Virus record (IMG/VR): IMGVR_UViG_2529292890_000001
Span: 1-38,560 of that record
DNA from: a virus
Lineage: Duplodnaviria; Heunggongvirae; Uroviricota; Caudoviricetes
Length of the DNA: 38,560 nt
Reading direction: 5' to 3' (one strand)
Below are positions 1 to 9,743 of the stretch, piece after piece. Within the stretch, counting starts at the first letter, position 1; each line of letters starts with the position of its first letter. Made by a program: the position numbers and the translations under genes. The notes under the pieces were generated by a model that saw only the letters and a list, made by a program, of their open reading frames with translations, was not told the DNA's origin and did no database searches.

Positions 1-26
1 CGACGAGAAATGTCGGCCCGCATTAT

Positions 27-2270
27 TCAGGCACTTTCGCGAATGGGTTCGATTTCATTCAGCGTATCAATTAACGGTTGCGGCTTACCAATAAGATAAC
101 CCTGCATATAATCGATCCCCAAAGAGAGCACCGCCTCGCGGATCTCTTCGTTTTCAACGTACTCTGCCACTACCCGCATTTTCTTCATTCGCGCCAGGTG
201 GCAAATCGACGCCACTATCTGATAATCCAGACTATTTGACACAATATTGCGGATAAAACTGCCGTCAATTTTAAGCAGATCGGCATTCACATTTTTAAGC
301 CGCGCATAGCTGGCGTAGCCGGTGCCGAAATCATCAATCGCAATCTGGCAGCCTAATTCCTGAAGATGCTGCAAGGTGATTTGCGCCTGCTTAACATTGG
401 TCAGAGCATTACTTTCGGTGACTTCAAAAATAAGTTGCCACGCTTCAATCTGATATTTAGCCAGCAGCTGACTGACTTCAACAGGAAAACGAGCCTGACA
501 TACCGAGGTTGGAGACAGATTAATAGCAAAACGGTGAGCGGGCATCTTCGCTCTGTTTTCAGCCATAAATTGCAGCGTATGCTCAATGACCCACATGTCG
601 ATACTCGACGATAAACCAAATTCGTGCGCGACCGGTAAGAAGCTATCGGGGCTGATCAGTTCATCATTCTCACCTTTCATGCGCAGAAGAATTTCATGGT
701 AGACATCACCACGCATACCGGTAATCGGCTGGGCCATCAGGAAAAAATGGTTGTGTTCCAGCGCCCGCTGTAGCCGATTCATCATCGCGACTTTATCTTT
801 CAATTCGCGTTGCAAATACATTGCTCCGCGACGCTGCATATTTTCCGGGGCGTTGGTCACGATAGAAAGTTCGGCCACTGTATTTAGCTCTCCCAGCAGC
901 AGGTAGATATGATTCACTGGCGAGCGCACATAGCAGTAACTGACGCCAATCTGCGGTTGCATCGGCATTCCATCCCAAAAGAAACGAAATTGCTTGAGAT
1001 GGCTATCCAGTGCGGTAATGCGCTCCTGGTGCGATTCTGTATTCAGCCGCAGCGCGAGATCGTTACCCGAAAGCTGATAAACATCTTCACCCGGTTCCAA
1101 CAATGGTGACAGCCAGTGAGAAAGTTTTTGCTTGTATTGAATCCGCAGCATGATGCCATAATTCTTAACCAGCATTTCCATGCCAGGGATGCGTAAATAA
1201 CAAAGCGCAGACCAGGGGGCATCACGTAACGCGCGATTCAGGGCGCGAACATTTGGCAGATGAACCACCGGGTCCACATACGCAAGCCGCTGAATGCGTC
1301 TGACTACCGCTCGCTGACGGGTTGCCAGTACAGCCATATAATTGACAATAAAAGAGAATACCAGATAACTGGAGGAGGTTATGGTGAGCTGCGTGGTATA
1401 GCCAGGATAAATGGGAATGTAATTTTGATAGCTGTGGATGCTGATCATCAACACGACCGCCCAGAGCAATGAAATCAGCTTATAACCATAGCGCATCGCT
1501 CCCCACATCATCAGGGGCAGCAATAATGACAAGGTGTAATTGGTGCTAAAAATCGTGCTTTTTTCATTTAACGGCATGCATAACAGCAATAGTAAAGCAC
1601 CTAATGCCAGTAGCCAGATTGCGAACTCTTTTTTGGTAACTTTGGCATCAACCTGCTGTTTTAATTGCGAATAATAGCTACGTAAATAAAACGGATTTCG
1701 CACCACCCGAATGATGAAGTAGCACAGCGGGACACCAATCAGATTACCCACCAGCAAGGCCTGATAATTGATTAAGGTCCCGAGGTTAAAGGGCATGACG
1801 CCGACCAGATTTTCTCTGCTCGCCAGTAACCCTACAAACGCAGCAAACTGGAAAAGTATCAGAAACAGCGTTGCAGGAAACACAATCTGCCAGAATAGTC
1901 GCTGGGAAATTAAACGGCTATCACCATGTGAAACGTTGTTACGCCGGGGGGTAAAAACCCTGTAACCGCCCCAACAGAGAATGATAATGATAATAAAATT
2001 AGCCGTTAATGAGAGCGTTTCGTAAAAACCCAGCTCTGCATATTTGCGGACAAAAATCCCTAAGGCGATCCCTGGCAATGCCGCCCAGCTGAAAAACATC
2101 ATCATGCTGATCATCAGTGCCAGTGGCAGATAAAAGAGAAAAACTTCACCGGAAGAAATATGCGCGAAAGTATTAATGTGGGCGAAAATGGGCAAGATTA
2201 AAGAAGGCAGGAACAGCGGAAGCCCCCACCATTTATCACGTATTTTTATATAAGTTGCATTCAGTTTCAT
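27..2270 (-). CDS. pdeF: Cyclic di-GMP phosphodiesterase PdeF (YfgF): N-terminal multi-pass membrane (MASE1-like) domain, degenerate GGDEF, C-terminal EAL
   Basis: 747-aa ORF; hydrophobic N-terminal half; C-terminal EAL-type signatures (QPI..., DDFGTGYASYARLK, EYVENEE); length and neighbours match E. coli yfgF-yfgG-yfgH-yfgI. Confidence 0.88.
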   Translation of the reverse strand: MKLNATYIKIRDKWWGLPLFLPSLILPIFAHINTFAHISSGEVFLFYLPLALMISMMMFFSWAALPGIALGIFVRKYAELGFYETLSLTANFIIIIILCWGGYRVFTPRRNNVSHGDSRLISQRLFWQIVFPATLFLILFQFAAFVGLLASRENLVGVMPFNLGTLINYQALLVGNLIGVPLCYFIIRVVRNPFYLRSYYSQLKQQVDAKVTKKEFAIWLLALGALLLLLCMPLNEKSTIFSTNYTLSLLLPLMMWGAMRYGYKLISLLWAVVLMISIHSYQNYIPIYPGYTTQLTITSSSYLVFSFIVNYMAVLATRQRAVVRRIQRLAYVDPVVHLPNVRALNRALRDAPWSALCYLRIPGMEMLVKNYGIMLRIQYKQKLSHWLSPLLEPGEDVYQLSGNDLALRLNTESHQERITALDSHLKQFRFFWDGMPMQPQIGVSYCYVRSPVNHIYLLLGELNTVAELSIVTNAPENMQRRGAMYLQRELKDKVAMMNRLQRALEHNHFFLMAQPITGMRGDVYHEILLRMKGENDELISPDSFLPVAHEFGLSSSIDMWVIEHTLQFMAENRAKMPAHRFAINLSPTSVCQARFPVEVSQLLAKYQIEAWQLIFEVTESNALTNVKQAQITLQHLQELGCQIAIDDFGTGYASYARLKNVNADLLKIDGSFIRNIVSNSLDYQIVASICHLARMKKMRVVAEYVENEEIREAVLSLGIDYMQGYLIGKPQPLIDTLNEIEPIRESA

Positions 2271-2397
2271 AGATGCTCAGCAGAATCCCCCACATCCTGA
2301 AGGAGGTGTATTCAGACAGGCATCCCACCTGACTTCGAATGATGATTATTCATCACTATAGAGAGCAATGATTCTAAGTGTCATATGAAAGTTCCAA

Positions 2398-2411
2398 TTG
2401 ATATATATCAA
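2398..2411. promoter_or_regulatory. FNR/CRP-family box TTGAT-N4-ATCAA in the pdeF upstream region
   Basis: Perfect inverted repeat ttgatatatatcaa about 130 bp upstream of the pdeF start; pdeF is recalled to be anaerobically (FNR) controlled. Confidence 0.5.
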
Positions 2412-2621
2412 ACAAAATAACCCTGATTAATGAATTATTACGTTTATCATGTTAACTCATCATTATTACATCATCATTGTAAATAATTAAATTAACTTTC
2501 ATAACATTAAAATATGTATCAACTGACGCTTTTTTACATAACGAAGAATTGACCATTTTGTCCTGTTGTGCCTTAATGTAAGTACCGTCCACGGCGTGGG
2601 ACATACTTCAAGGAACCTTTT

Positions 2622-2813
2622 GTGAGTCAGGCAACCAGTATGCGAAAACGACACCGATTTAACAGTCGCATGACCCGTATCGTACTGCTCATCAGCTTTA
2701 TCTTCTTCTTTGGCCGTTTTATCTACTCGTCCGTCGGTGCCTGGCAGCACCATCAGAGCAAAAAAGAAGCTCAGCAATCCACACTCTCCGTCGAATCACC
2801 GGTACAACGTTAG
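2622..2813 (+). CDS. yfgG: Small protein YfgG (63 aa)
   Basis: 63-aa ORF in the conserved position between yfgF and yfgH; hydrophobic central segment. Confidence 0.75.
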   Translation: MSQATSMRKRHRFNSRMTRIVLLISFIFFFGRFIYSSVGAWQHHQSKKEAQQSTLSVESPVQR

Positions 2814-3123
2814 CGGTTACCTTCTCCACTCTCACAGAACATAACGGCACCTCGCTGTCGGATGCTTTTGCTCTTTGAGATTATCAAAGCGGCAGATATT
2901 CTTTCATCTTAAATTTTACGTCTTTGTTCTGACTGAAGTTCATCCTGTTCGGCTGCGAAATAAATACATCATTAATACATATGTTGTGATGATGTATTTT
3001 TATAAATTATTTCCCGCATGAATTTTAATAAATTTAATCTATTCCTTTATACGCAATACATTTACTTTCCTCTTTTGATGATCTTAAATGTCTCATTTTT
3101 CGTAATGTGTATAACAAGGAATA

Positions 3124-3642
3124 GTGATGAAATTTAAAAAATGTCTTCTGCCTGTGGCAATGTTAGCGTCATTCACTCTGGCAGGATGCCAGTCAAATGC
3201 TGATGATCATGCCGCCGATGTTTATCAAACCGATCAACTGAATACCAAACAAGAAACTAAAACCGTTAATATTATTTCCATTCTTCCCGCAAAAGTTGCC
3301 GTAGACAACGCCCAAAATAAACGGAACGCACAAGCCTTCGGCGCGCTTATTGGCGCTGTCGCTGGCGGTGTTATCGGCCACAACGTCGGGTCTGGCAGCA
3401 ATTCCGGAACGACGGCAGGTGCAGTTGGCGGCGGAGCTGTAGGCGCGGCAGCGGGTTCGATGGTGAATGATAAAACCTTAGTGGAAGGTGTTTCTTTAAC
3501 ATATAAGGAAGGCACCAAAGTGTATACCTCCACCCAGGTGGGTAAAGAGTGCCAGTTTACGACAGGTTTAGCCGTTGTTATTACCACGACGTATAACGAA
3601 ACGCGTATTCAGCCAAATACCAAATGTCCTGAAAAGAGCTAA
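3124..3642 (+). CDS. yfgH: Outer-membrane lipoprotein YfgH (glycine-zipper)
   Basis: 172-aa ORF; signal peptide with lipobox LAGC; Gly/Ala-rich glycine-zipper segment. Confidence 0.8.
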   Translation: MMKFKKCLLPVAMLASFTLAGCQSNADDHAADVYQTDQLNTKQETKTVNIISILPAKVAVDNAQNKRNAQAFGALIGAVAGGVIGHNVGSGSNSGTTAGAVGGGAVGAAAGSMVNDKTLVEGVSLTYKEGTKVYTSTQVGKECQFTTGLAVVITTTYNETRIQPNTKCPEKS

Positions 3643-3657
3643 TAATCAGGAGGAGTC

Positions 3658-4197
3658 ATGAAGAAAGTTTTTCTTTGCGCCATCTTAGCCTCCTTAAGCT
3701 ATCCGGCTATCGCCTCATCATTGCAGGATCAACTCTCGGCTGTCGCAGAAGCGGAACAGCAAGGTAAAAATGAAGAGCAAAGGCAGCATGACGAATGGGT
3801 CGCGGAGCGCAACAGGGAAATCCAGCAAGAGAAGCAACGTCGCGCAAACGCCCAGGCCGCGGCTAATAAAAGAGCGGCAACGGCAGCAGCGAATAAGAAA
3901 GCTCGTCAGGATAAACTGGACGCCGAAGCCACTGCGGACAAAAAACGCGATCAAAGTTATGAAGATGAGCTACGTAGCTTAGAGATTCAGAAACAAAAAC
4001 TGGCGCTGGCGAAAGAAGAAGCCCGCGTCAAGCGCGAAAACGAATTTATCGATCAGGAACTGAAGCACAAAGCTGCGCAAACCGATGTGGTGCAATCTGA
4101 AGCTGACGCAAACAGAAATATGACTGAAGGCGGTCGCGATCTGATGAAAAGCGTGGGCAAAGCAGAAGAGAACAAATCGGACAGCTGGTTTAATTAA
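3658..4197 (+). CDS. yfgI: Uncharacterised secreted coiled-coil protein YfgI
   Basis: 179-aa ORF with signal peptide and charged K/E/R/A/Q-rich low-complexity body; RBS AGGAGG upstream; conserved position. Confidence 0.8.
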   Translation: MKKVFLCAILASLSYPAIASSLQDQLSAVAEAEQQGKNEEQRQHDEWVAERNREIQQEKQRRANAQAAANKRAATAAANKKARQDKLDAEATADKKRDQSYEDELRSLEIQKQKLALAKEEARVKRENEFIDQELKHKAAQTDVVQSEADANRNMTEGGRDLMKSVGKAEENKSDSWFN

Positions 4198-4235
4198 TCG
4201 ATGTAAGTAACTTCAAGCCTATAATTCTTGAAGAT

Positions 4236-4268
4236 AAAAAACCCTCTGTAGTAACAGAGGGTTTTGTT
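4236..4268. terminator. Bidirectional rho-independent terminator (yfgI / guaA 3' end)
   Basis: A5, stem ccctctgt, loop agta, stem acagaggg, then TTTTGTT; A-tract on one side and T-tract on the other. Confidence 0.7.
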
Positions 4269-4291
4269 CATTCATAGTGCAGGGATCAAAA

Positions 4292-4306
4292 TCATTCCCA
4301 CTCAAT
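4292..4306 (-). other. guaA: Putative guaA 3'-terminal fragment (…I-E-W-E-stop) marking the prophage attL junction
   Basis: Minus strand reads ATT GAG TGG GAA TGA with an in-frame stop directly upstream, so only the last codons of a GMP-synthase-like C terminus are present; phage-like sequence starts at about 4307. Confidence 0.5.
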
Positions 4307-4416
4307 TATTCACGGACACCATAACCAATTGAGTGATAACATTTTTCCAAAGATGAATTTTTCCCATACCGTTTTATATACCGTCACCGGAAATCAGTAC
4401 CATGAAAAATGCCATG

Positions 4417-4899
4417 CTATCTGGTCAGGGTGTCGTACTGTTTTTCGCAGACTCTTCCGGCTTCGGCTGCCCGGTCAGCATACTCTGCCAGTTGTCTGTT
4501 TCTCTCGAGAGATTTGCTGAGCACGTCGGCAAGCAAAACTCCGGTGTCTGCGGCTGACGACCCAGCGCCGACAATGGCGTTATAGTGCCTGAGCTGCTCA
4601 CGGATGGCAACGAGCTGTTGCTGCAACCGGCCAGCGCGAGCGGCAGCATCAAGAGCATCATTGCGCGCCTGGTCGATCCTCTGCTGCGATTCACGTTCAT
4701 TGATCGCTTTCTCCTGTTCGTAGTGCTGACGAACTCTCTCATCTTCAGTTTTGCGGTCTTCTTTCGCCTGAGCATACCCGGCGTCGTACTGACGACTGCC
4801 GTGCACATTCCAGGCAACAACTCCTGATGTGGCAAGAACAGCAAGCATCGCCACGATAATCAAATGTTTCCAGTATGCTTTTACGAATGCCCAGATCAT
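4417..4899 (-). CDS. i-spanin (Rz-like)
   Basis: 160 aa; N-terminal TM helix then charged coiled-coil; start overlaps the endolysin stop (ATGA); contains an embedded +1-frame lipoprotein ORF. Confidence 0.75.
   Translation of the reverse strand: MIWAFVKAYWKHLIIVAMLAVLATSGVVAWNVHGSRQYDAGYAQAKEDRKTEDERVRQHYEQEKAINERESQQRIDQARNDALDAAARAGRLQQQLVAIREQLRHYNAIVGAGSSAADTGVLLADVLSKSLERNRQLAEYADRAAEAGRVCEKQYDTLTR
4425..4700 (-). CDS. o-spanin (Rz1-like lipoprotein) embedded in the Rz frame
   Basis: Internal ATG at 4700 preceded by AGGAG; signal peptide with lipobox LALAG-C; Pro-containing mature part; alternative starts at 4661 or 4658. Confidence 0.55.
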   Translation of the reverse strand: MNVNRSRGSTRRAMMLLMLPLALAGCSNSSLPSVSSSGTITPLSALGRQPQTPEFCLPTCSANLSRETDNWQSMLTGQPKPEESAKNSTTP

Positions 4900-5525
4900 A
4901 CAGCCAGCACCTTACTGGCAATGATGTATCGGGCGCGGCGGTCATCAATGCCGTTCCGGCCACCATTGATAATCAGAGTTACACGTGCAATATCGCCGGT
5001 ATACTTCATGCAGCCTTTGCTGGAGAAGAACCAGGCCGCGCTACGGGCCGCGTATTCGTCCTGTGCCAGCAGTTCAGGATTCTCCAGCAGGTCAACTTTC
5101 AGACCGTTTCCGCAGTCACGATAGTTATTCAAGCCGGTAATCTGGATAAGTCCGCGCCCACGGTAGTTCCAGCCATCACCAGGGGCATTGTTCCCCATGC
5201 GTTTGCTGTACACCAGATTGGCGATAGCGCGCTGTCGCTCAAGTGGTAATGCTGCTTCACCAGCACGGCGACCCAGTGCATTAGCCTGCCCCTGGGTGAG
5301 ACGCCCAGCCCGAACGAAGTTAGCCAGTCCGGTGACACTGTAGTTGAAATTTTCCTGCAACCGGGTGAAGCCCCCAGACTCATGCCCGACCTGAGCAATA
5401 AACATTGCCTGATCTTCGGGTTTGCTGATTCCAAACTCTTTCATCGCAGAAGTTATATGCAAGAACCAGCGTTCGGCCAGCGCCTCGCTAATACCAGCAG
5501 CACGCTGGAATTGTTTAATCTCCAT
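4896..5525 (-). CDS. Endolysin, glycoside hydrolase family 19 (chitinase-like)
   Basis: 209 aa; motifs QVGHESGGF and [19 protein letters not shown] typical of GH19 phage endolysins. Confidence 0.8.
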   Translation of the reverse strand: MEIKQFQRAAGISEALAERWFLHITSAMKEFGISKPEDQAMFIAQVGHESGGFTRLQENFNYSVTGLANFVRAGRLTQGQANALGRRAGEAALPLERQRAIANLVYSKRMGNNAPGDGWNYRGRGLIQITGLNNYRDCGNGLKVDLLENPELLAQDEYAARSAAWFFSSKGCMKYTGDIARVTLIINGGRNGIDDRRARYIIASKVLAV

Positions 5526-5823
5526 GTTTAGACCTCGTTATTTTGAAAATTTGAACGACGTTACCGCGAGTTTTAAGAACCGCAGCAAGCATGACAGCGT
5601 TAATAATGACCTCAGATAAATCCACAGCCATTGGCGTACGTAACCAGATTGCATAGGCGACTCGAACAGGAATACTGGCCGCAGCAACAATCAGGAAATA
5701 AGCAAGCCATCCTCCCCACCTTCGGTGTTGAGAGCCGTTACGCCGGAATGTGACAACGCGAATTGCTATGCCAGTGCAAATAACTGCATTGGTGATAAGC
5801 AAAAAAAACTCATGCGTTACCAT
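5515..5823 (-). CDS. Small multi-pass membrane protein in the lysis cassette (holin partner or antiholin candidate)
   Basis: 102 aa with 3 predicted hydrophobic helices; sits between the holin-like and endolysin genes with overlapping ends. Confidence 0.45.
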   Translation of the reverse strand: MVTHEFFLLITNAVICTGIAIRVVTFRRNGSQHRRWGGWLAYFLIVAAASIPVRVAYAIWLRTPMAVDLSEVIINAVMLAAVLKTRGNVVQIFKITRSKHGD

Positions 5824-6214
5824 CGTCTTTTCTCCCCGGAATTAACTCGCGTGGATTATCGGAAAGGTGATAGAGCCATATACCAATACGCACAGCGACA
5901 ATTGCTGACACGAATGCGCCTGCAGAGAAAACAATCCCTTTTTCAAAAGAGTCCTGCGTGATGGTAGGGATCAGGCTAGCTATGCCGATAAGAATTGATG
6001 CTGCTGGTTTGTAAAAGAGAAGGCCGCAAAGAAAGCTGAGCATCGACATGAGCACCCGGCGACGGATGGGGTACTCTACTGCAGAGGTAACAAAAATTAC
6101 CGCCCCAGCCAAAGCCCCTAAAGCAACCTCCGGAGGGACACCTGCAATAACCGCAGCAAGAGAACCAAAACTAAGCAACTGATTTAATTGCTCACTTGTT
6201 ACTTGAGCAGACAT
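5810..6214 (-). CDS. Putative holin
   Basis: 134 aa with 3-4 hydrophobic helices and charged C terminus; strong RBS (AGGAGA); first gene of the cassette upstream of the endolysin. Confidence 0.55.
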   Translation of the reverse strand: MSAQVTSEQLNQLLSFGSLAAVIAGVPPEVALGALAGAVIFVTSAVEYPIRRRVLMSMLSFLCGLLFYKPAASILIGIASLIPTITQDSFEKGIVFSAGAFVSAIVAVRIGIWLYHLSDNPRELIPGRKDDGNA

Positions 6215-6485
6215 ACTTTCTCCTGTTTACTATCTATAAGCCAGTCAATTATTGATGACTAAACCCGCATAGTAAACCATATATGAATCATTATTGTTCC
6301 ATATCATATATCTCAATAAAAGTACTAATTATTTTACAGAACGAGCCAGCAGAGTGGGGGCAGTTGTACAGGAACCATAGACTTAATTTTGTATTTAATA
6401 ATGCTATGGTGTAATAAACCTGAACATGTATTTAAAATACGTACTGATTCATGATAGAATTCAAAGATAACTTTTCACCAACTCC

Positions 6486-6513
6486 GTTTTTGATACCCGC
6501 AAAATATTGCGGG
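6486..6513 (+). terminator. Hairpin plus T8 (plus-strand intrinsic terminator) between tailspike and lysis cassette
   Basis: cccgcaaaatattgcggg followed by cttttttttaa; on the minus strand the same hairpin is preceded, not followed, by the homopolymer. Confidence 0.45.
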
Positions 6514-6520
6514 CTTTTTT

Positions 6521-9500
6521 TTAACGTTCTTCCAGAGACTGAATCCGCTCTTTTATCTTATCCATTTCTCTGCGCTGCCATGCTGCCTCGATATAGAATA
6601 AGAGATCAGGTCTGACCCCCCATCTAGATCCTGCTGGCGTTATTTCAACGCGCTCAATGATGTCTTCCATTACCATCACTGGATTATCATCCTCATCAAC
6701 AATGATGCTCCCGTCATTATCAGTCAGCTGTATTTCCCTTTGGCCAGTAATGACGTCATCATATACTGCGGGATAATCGTCATAGCAAAGAAAGGCATAG
6801 CGGCATGTTGTGCTTTCTTCTTCCATGAGTCCGTGAGAAATAAGAACATCACGAAGTTGCTGCGCGATTACACCATGATGTATCCTCGCCCCTTCTTCTC
6901 CCTTTATAGCGACAGCGTTCAGCCATTTATAAGCGATATACCTGACGTCACCCCAGGCATCCAGCAATGCTTCGTCAGGAGAGACCGGCTCTGTCTTTAA
7001 TGTTCCGTCACTGGTAACCACAGGATTGGAGCCAAGATAAACTGTCGAGAACCTGTTTCCCGGACCACCAAGAGCATTTACATTATCAAGATAAGGTTTA
7101 ACATCTCCGTTCTCAAAAAGATGTTCGAGTGCGTTATATACCGCGCGACGTGGAGTACTGCTTCCGGAACCATGCAACGTTATCATTGCACCATCTGCTG
7201 AAGACGTTGTTTCACCGCCGCTAACGATTAATCTCTGAGCGGTAACATCATCAGACGGTACTTTCTTCGCAATAATGGCGTAATTGCCCTCCAGTTTGAC
7301 TTCCGCGCGAACTTGTCCTGATGTACCTGCATGGACAGTCAGTGACTGGACGGCAACATCATCTGTGAAATCAACGGGTACAGGAACCGTCCTCACGCCG
7401 GACGTCGACATAAAAGTAGGAAGCGTTCTGTTAGGAGTGGCTCCGTAGACAAAATCCCTTGAAACAAATTCTTCCTGTTTAATTTTCACCCTGAAACAAT
7501 ACAAATCAGCCGGGTGACCATCGTGAACATAAGGATATTTTCTGTTGTTATCCCCTATGCTCCATGGGTTTAGAAAGTCTTCCCCACCGAAAATGTAGTA
7601 CAGCCAGTTGTCTTTGATACAAACTGAACCAACACCAACCGCAGAGTTAACTATTCCGCCCTGATAAATCTGATCAGTAACATTAACCCACTCTACATTA
7701 TCCAGACTCCACTCATTGACGTTAACTCTGGTCATAAATGTTCTTGGATAATTTCCTGCATAACGGTTATCAGGTTCTCCTCCTTCCCACTCACCAAATG
7801 CGCGCTCACTGCCAAAAATAATCAGCTCATCGCCAACTTTGGCAAAAGGAAGGTTTGAGTGATGAACATTATTTGGGAAGCGAAGAGAATTCCATGATGC
7901 ACCTAAATCAGAGCTTCTGTGCAATGAACTACCGGGTTGAGTACTTAATGTCCCCCTGGTCGTCAGATACAGAATGCCATCATAATATTTTACACATGGC
8001 TCAGATGCATTCGCCTCATATTCTGCAGGTATGCGTCTGCGAACAAAGCTACCAGGAGAACCGAAAGCATCAGAGAAATAGAGTATCCCAAGCTCGCGTG
8101 GACCAATATCACCATTATGGTAGCCAACAGCAAAACTGTTATCGCTAATCGTCGCAAAACTGTGAATCTCAGTAACAGGAGTGCTTCCGTCAACAAAAGA
8201 AGAAATAGTTCCAAGACTGGTTTTTCTCCATGGTGACGAGTGAAATGATGTACCAAAACTCCAGTATCTACCCTCGTTATTCTGATCCACATCCTGAGTA
8301 TTTTGCGTCGTAACTGTAAAAGTATTTTTATCAATAACAGTAGTCACCGTCATATTCCCGGTAACACCTGTAACACCAGAGTTTGAGAAGTTGACAAAAT
8401 CACCAGCAAATAATCCGTGATCAGTAATGCGAATATAAGCGACTTGCTGATTTGCTGCTTTCGTTATACCACCATAAACGCGAAGGCTGCGACTCATTGG
8501 ACGATCCCACAACTCTGCAACCTGCAGTTTATTTCCGCGCACGGTCCGCGTCTCAATTACAGCAAAAAGGCGATTTCTGACAACCCCCATACTCATGCAG
8601 TGATAGTTAACTGTGGGATAGTTTTCATGTAAATCTGTAAGCCATTCCGGCGTTGTCCAGGTCTTCCCGTCATCTCCTGAGCGAACCCATGCAACATGGA
8701 GGTTATTTACACCATGGCGGTCTCCAGCCATAAAAGGCGCATAGATGACATTGTCATATACAAACGTTTTATCCTGCGTCCAGGCGTTGTACCACGGTGT
8801 ATCTGTAATTTTAAATAACTCTCCCTGGATAAAATCTTCAGAAGCATAAAAAAGAGGCTGACCCGGTATTCTCTCAAATAAAAAACGAGCATTTTTAAAT
8901 CGGCTGACATCCGGAAGAGTTGATACTTTAAAAGTAAGCCCTAATCCGTCAATTTTATAACCTGGAGATGAGGCTTCAAGGCACGCGCTTATTGCAGTGG
9001 AATCGTCATTTATACCATCACCAACAGCTCCAAAATCTTTGGGGCTAATAGCATCACGCATTTTATCCTGGAACGTTCGGTATACTGCCCCAGAACCATA
9101 CTGAATAAACCAACCAAAACCACCAACAACCCCGGCGATTGCAGCATCGACATAATTACGCATTGAGCGATTATTTACAGCGTCCTGTTCAAGTGATGGA
9201 TCTGCAAGGTTAGAAATTCTGTTTTGCTTTGCATCGTAATATTTTGCAAGCAAAGATGGTTTCATCAATGCACGTCTGAACCATCCAAAACATTGCTGGA
9301 TCAGCATCGTCAGGTAGTCAAAGGCATCTTCATGCACTTCGGGGAAAAACTTTCCCTGATTGCGAAGGTCTGTCTCCTGCACTACATCAAGCACACGATC
9401 TATCGTAATTCTCCATCCAGTAGCAAGCGGCGACGGAAGAACCACAGAACCGCCACTATAAGTGCCCGCCCCAGTTACCGTATAACCGGTATCCAGAACC

Positions 9501-9640
9501 AATTCTGTTACGTTCCCGTTCAGGTCAGACACCTGAACAACCAGGTCGGATTTTCTGAAAATTCGAAAAGTATACGGAAACGATGTCGTAACGCCGTTAC
9601 CGGTGTATTCGTTGTGGTCAACTTCGGTTGAGACCGTCAT
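6521..9640 (-). CDS. Tailspike / receptor-binding depolymerase: N-terminal particle-binding domain, central beta-helix and BNR (Asp-box) region, C-terminal self-cleaving chaperone (peptidase S74-like)
   Basis: 1039 aa; DFGAVGDGINDDSTAI (pectate-lyase-like beta-helix start); Asp boxes SGDDGKTWT and SSDLGASW; C-terminal ...VVTS-DGTLK... followed by a helical LE-rich tail. Confidence 0.8.
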   Translation of the reverse strand: MTVSTEVDHNEYTGNGVTTSFPYTFRIFRKSDLVVQVSDLNGNVTELVLDTGYTVTGAGTYSGGSVVLPSPLATGWRITIDRVLDVVQETDLRNQGKFFPEVHEDAFDYLTMLIQQCFGWFRRALMKPSLLAKYYDAKQNRISNLADPSLEQDAVNNRSMRNYVDAAIAGVVGGFGWFIQYGSGAVYRTFQDKMRDAISPKDFGAVGDGINDDSTAISACLEASSPGYKIDGLGLTFKVSTLPDVSRFKNARFLFERIPGQPLFYASEDFIQGELFKITDTPWYNAWTQDKTFVYDNVIYAPFMAGDRHGVNNLHVAWVRSGDDGKTWTTPEWLTDLHENYPTVNYHCMSMGVVRNRLFAVIETRTVRGNKLQVAELWDRPMSRSLRVYGGITKAANQQVAYIRITDHGLFAGDFVNFSNSGVTGVTGNMTVTTVIDKNTFTVTTQNTQDVDQNNEGRYWSFGTSFHSSPWRKTSLGTISSFVDGSTPVTEIHSFATISDNSFAVGYHNGDIGPRELGILYFSDAFGSPGSFVRRRIPAEYEANASEPCVKYYDGILYLTTRGTLSTQPGSSLHRSSDLGASWNSLRFPNNVHHSNLPFAKVGDELIIFGSERAFGEWEGGEPDNRYAGNYPRTFMTRVNVNEWSLDNVEWVNVTDQIYQGGIVNSAVGVGSVCIKDNWLYYIFGGEDFLNPWSIGDNNRKYPYVHDGHPADLYCFRVKIKQEEFVSRDFVYGATPNRTLPTFMSTSGVRTVPVPVDFTDDVAVQSLTVHAGTSGQVRAEVKLEGNYAIIAKKVPSDDVTAQRLIVSGGETTSSADGAMITLHGSGSSTPRRAVYNALEHLFENGDVKPYLDNVNALGGPGNRFSTVYLGSNPVVTSDGTLKTEPVSPDEALLDAWGDVRYIAYKWLNAVAIKGEEGARIHHGVIAQQLRDVLISHGLMEEESTTCRYAFLCYDDYPAVYDDVITGQREIQLTDNDGSIIVDEDDNPVMVMEDIIERVEITPAGSRWGVRPDLLFYIEAAWQRREMDKIKERIQSLEER

Positions 9641-9743
9641 GTTAAATCTCCAGATAGTCGCAGCACCCGTTGCGCCGCATATCTGGTCATTCTATTACCT
9701 AAAAAACCACATATGGATAGAAAGACTGTGAATACGAATAGAT

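Noticed and set aside
4329-4520. 63-aa plus-strand ORF spanning the attL junction and the end of Rz
   Set aside because: Crosses the host/phage junction, is antisense to Rz and has no RBS
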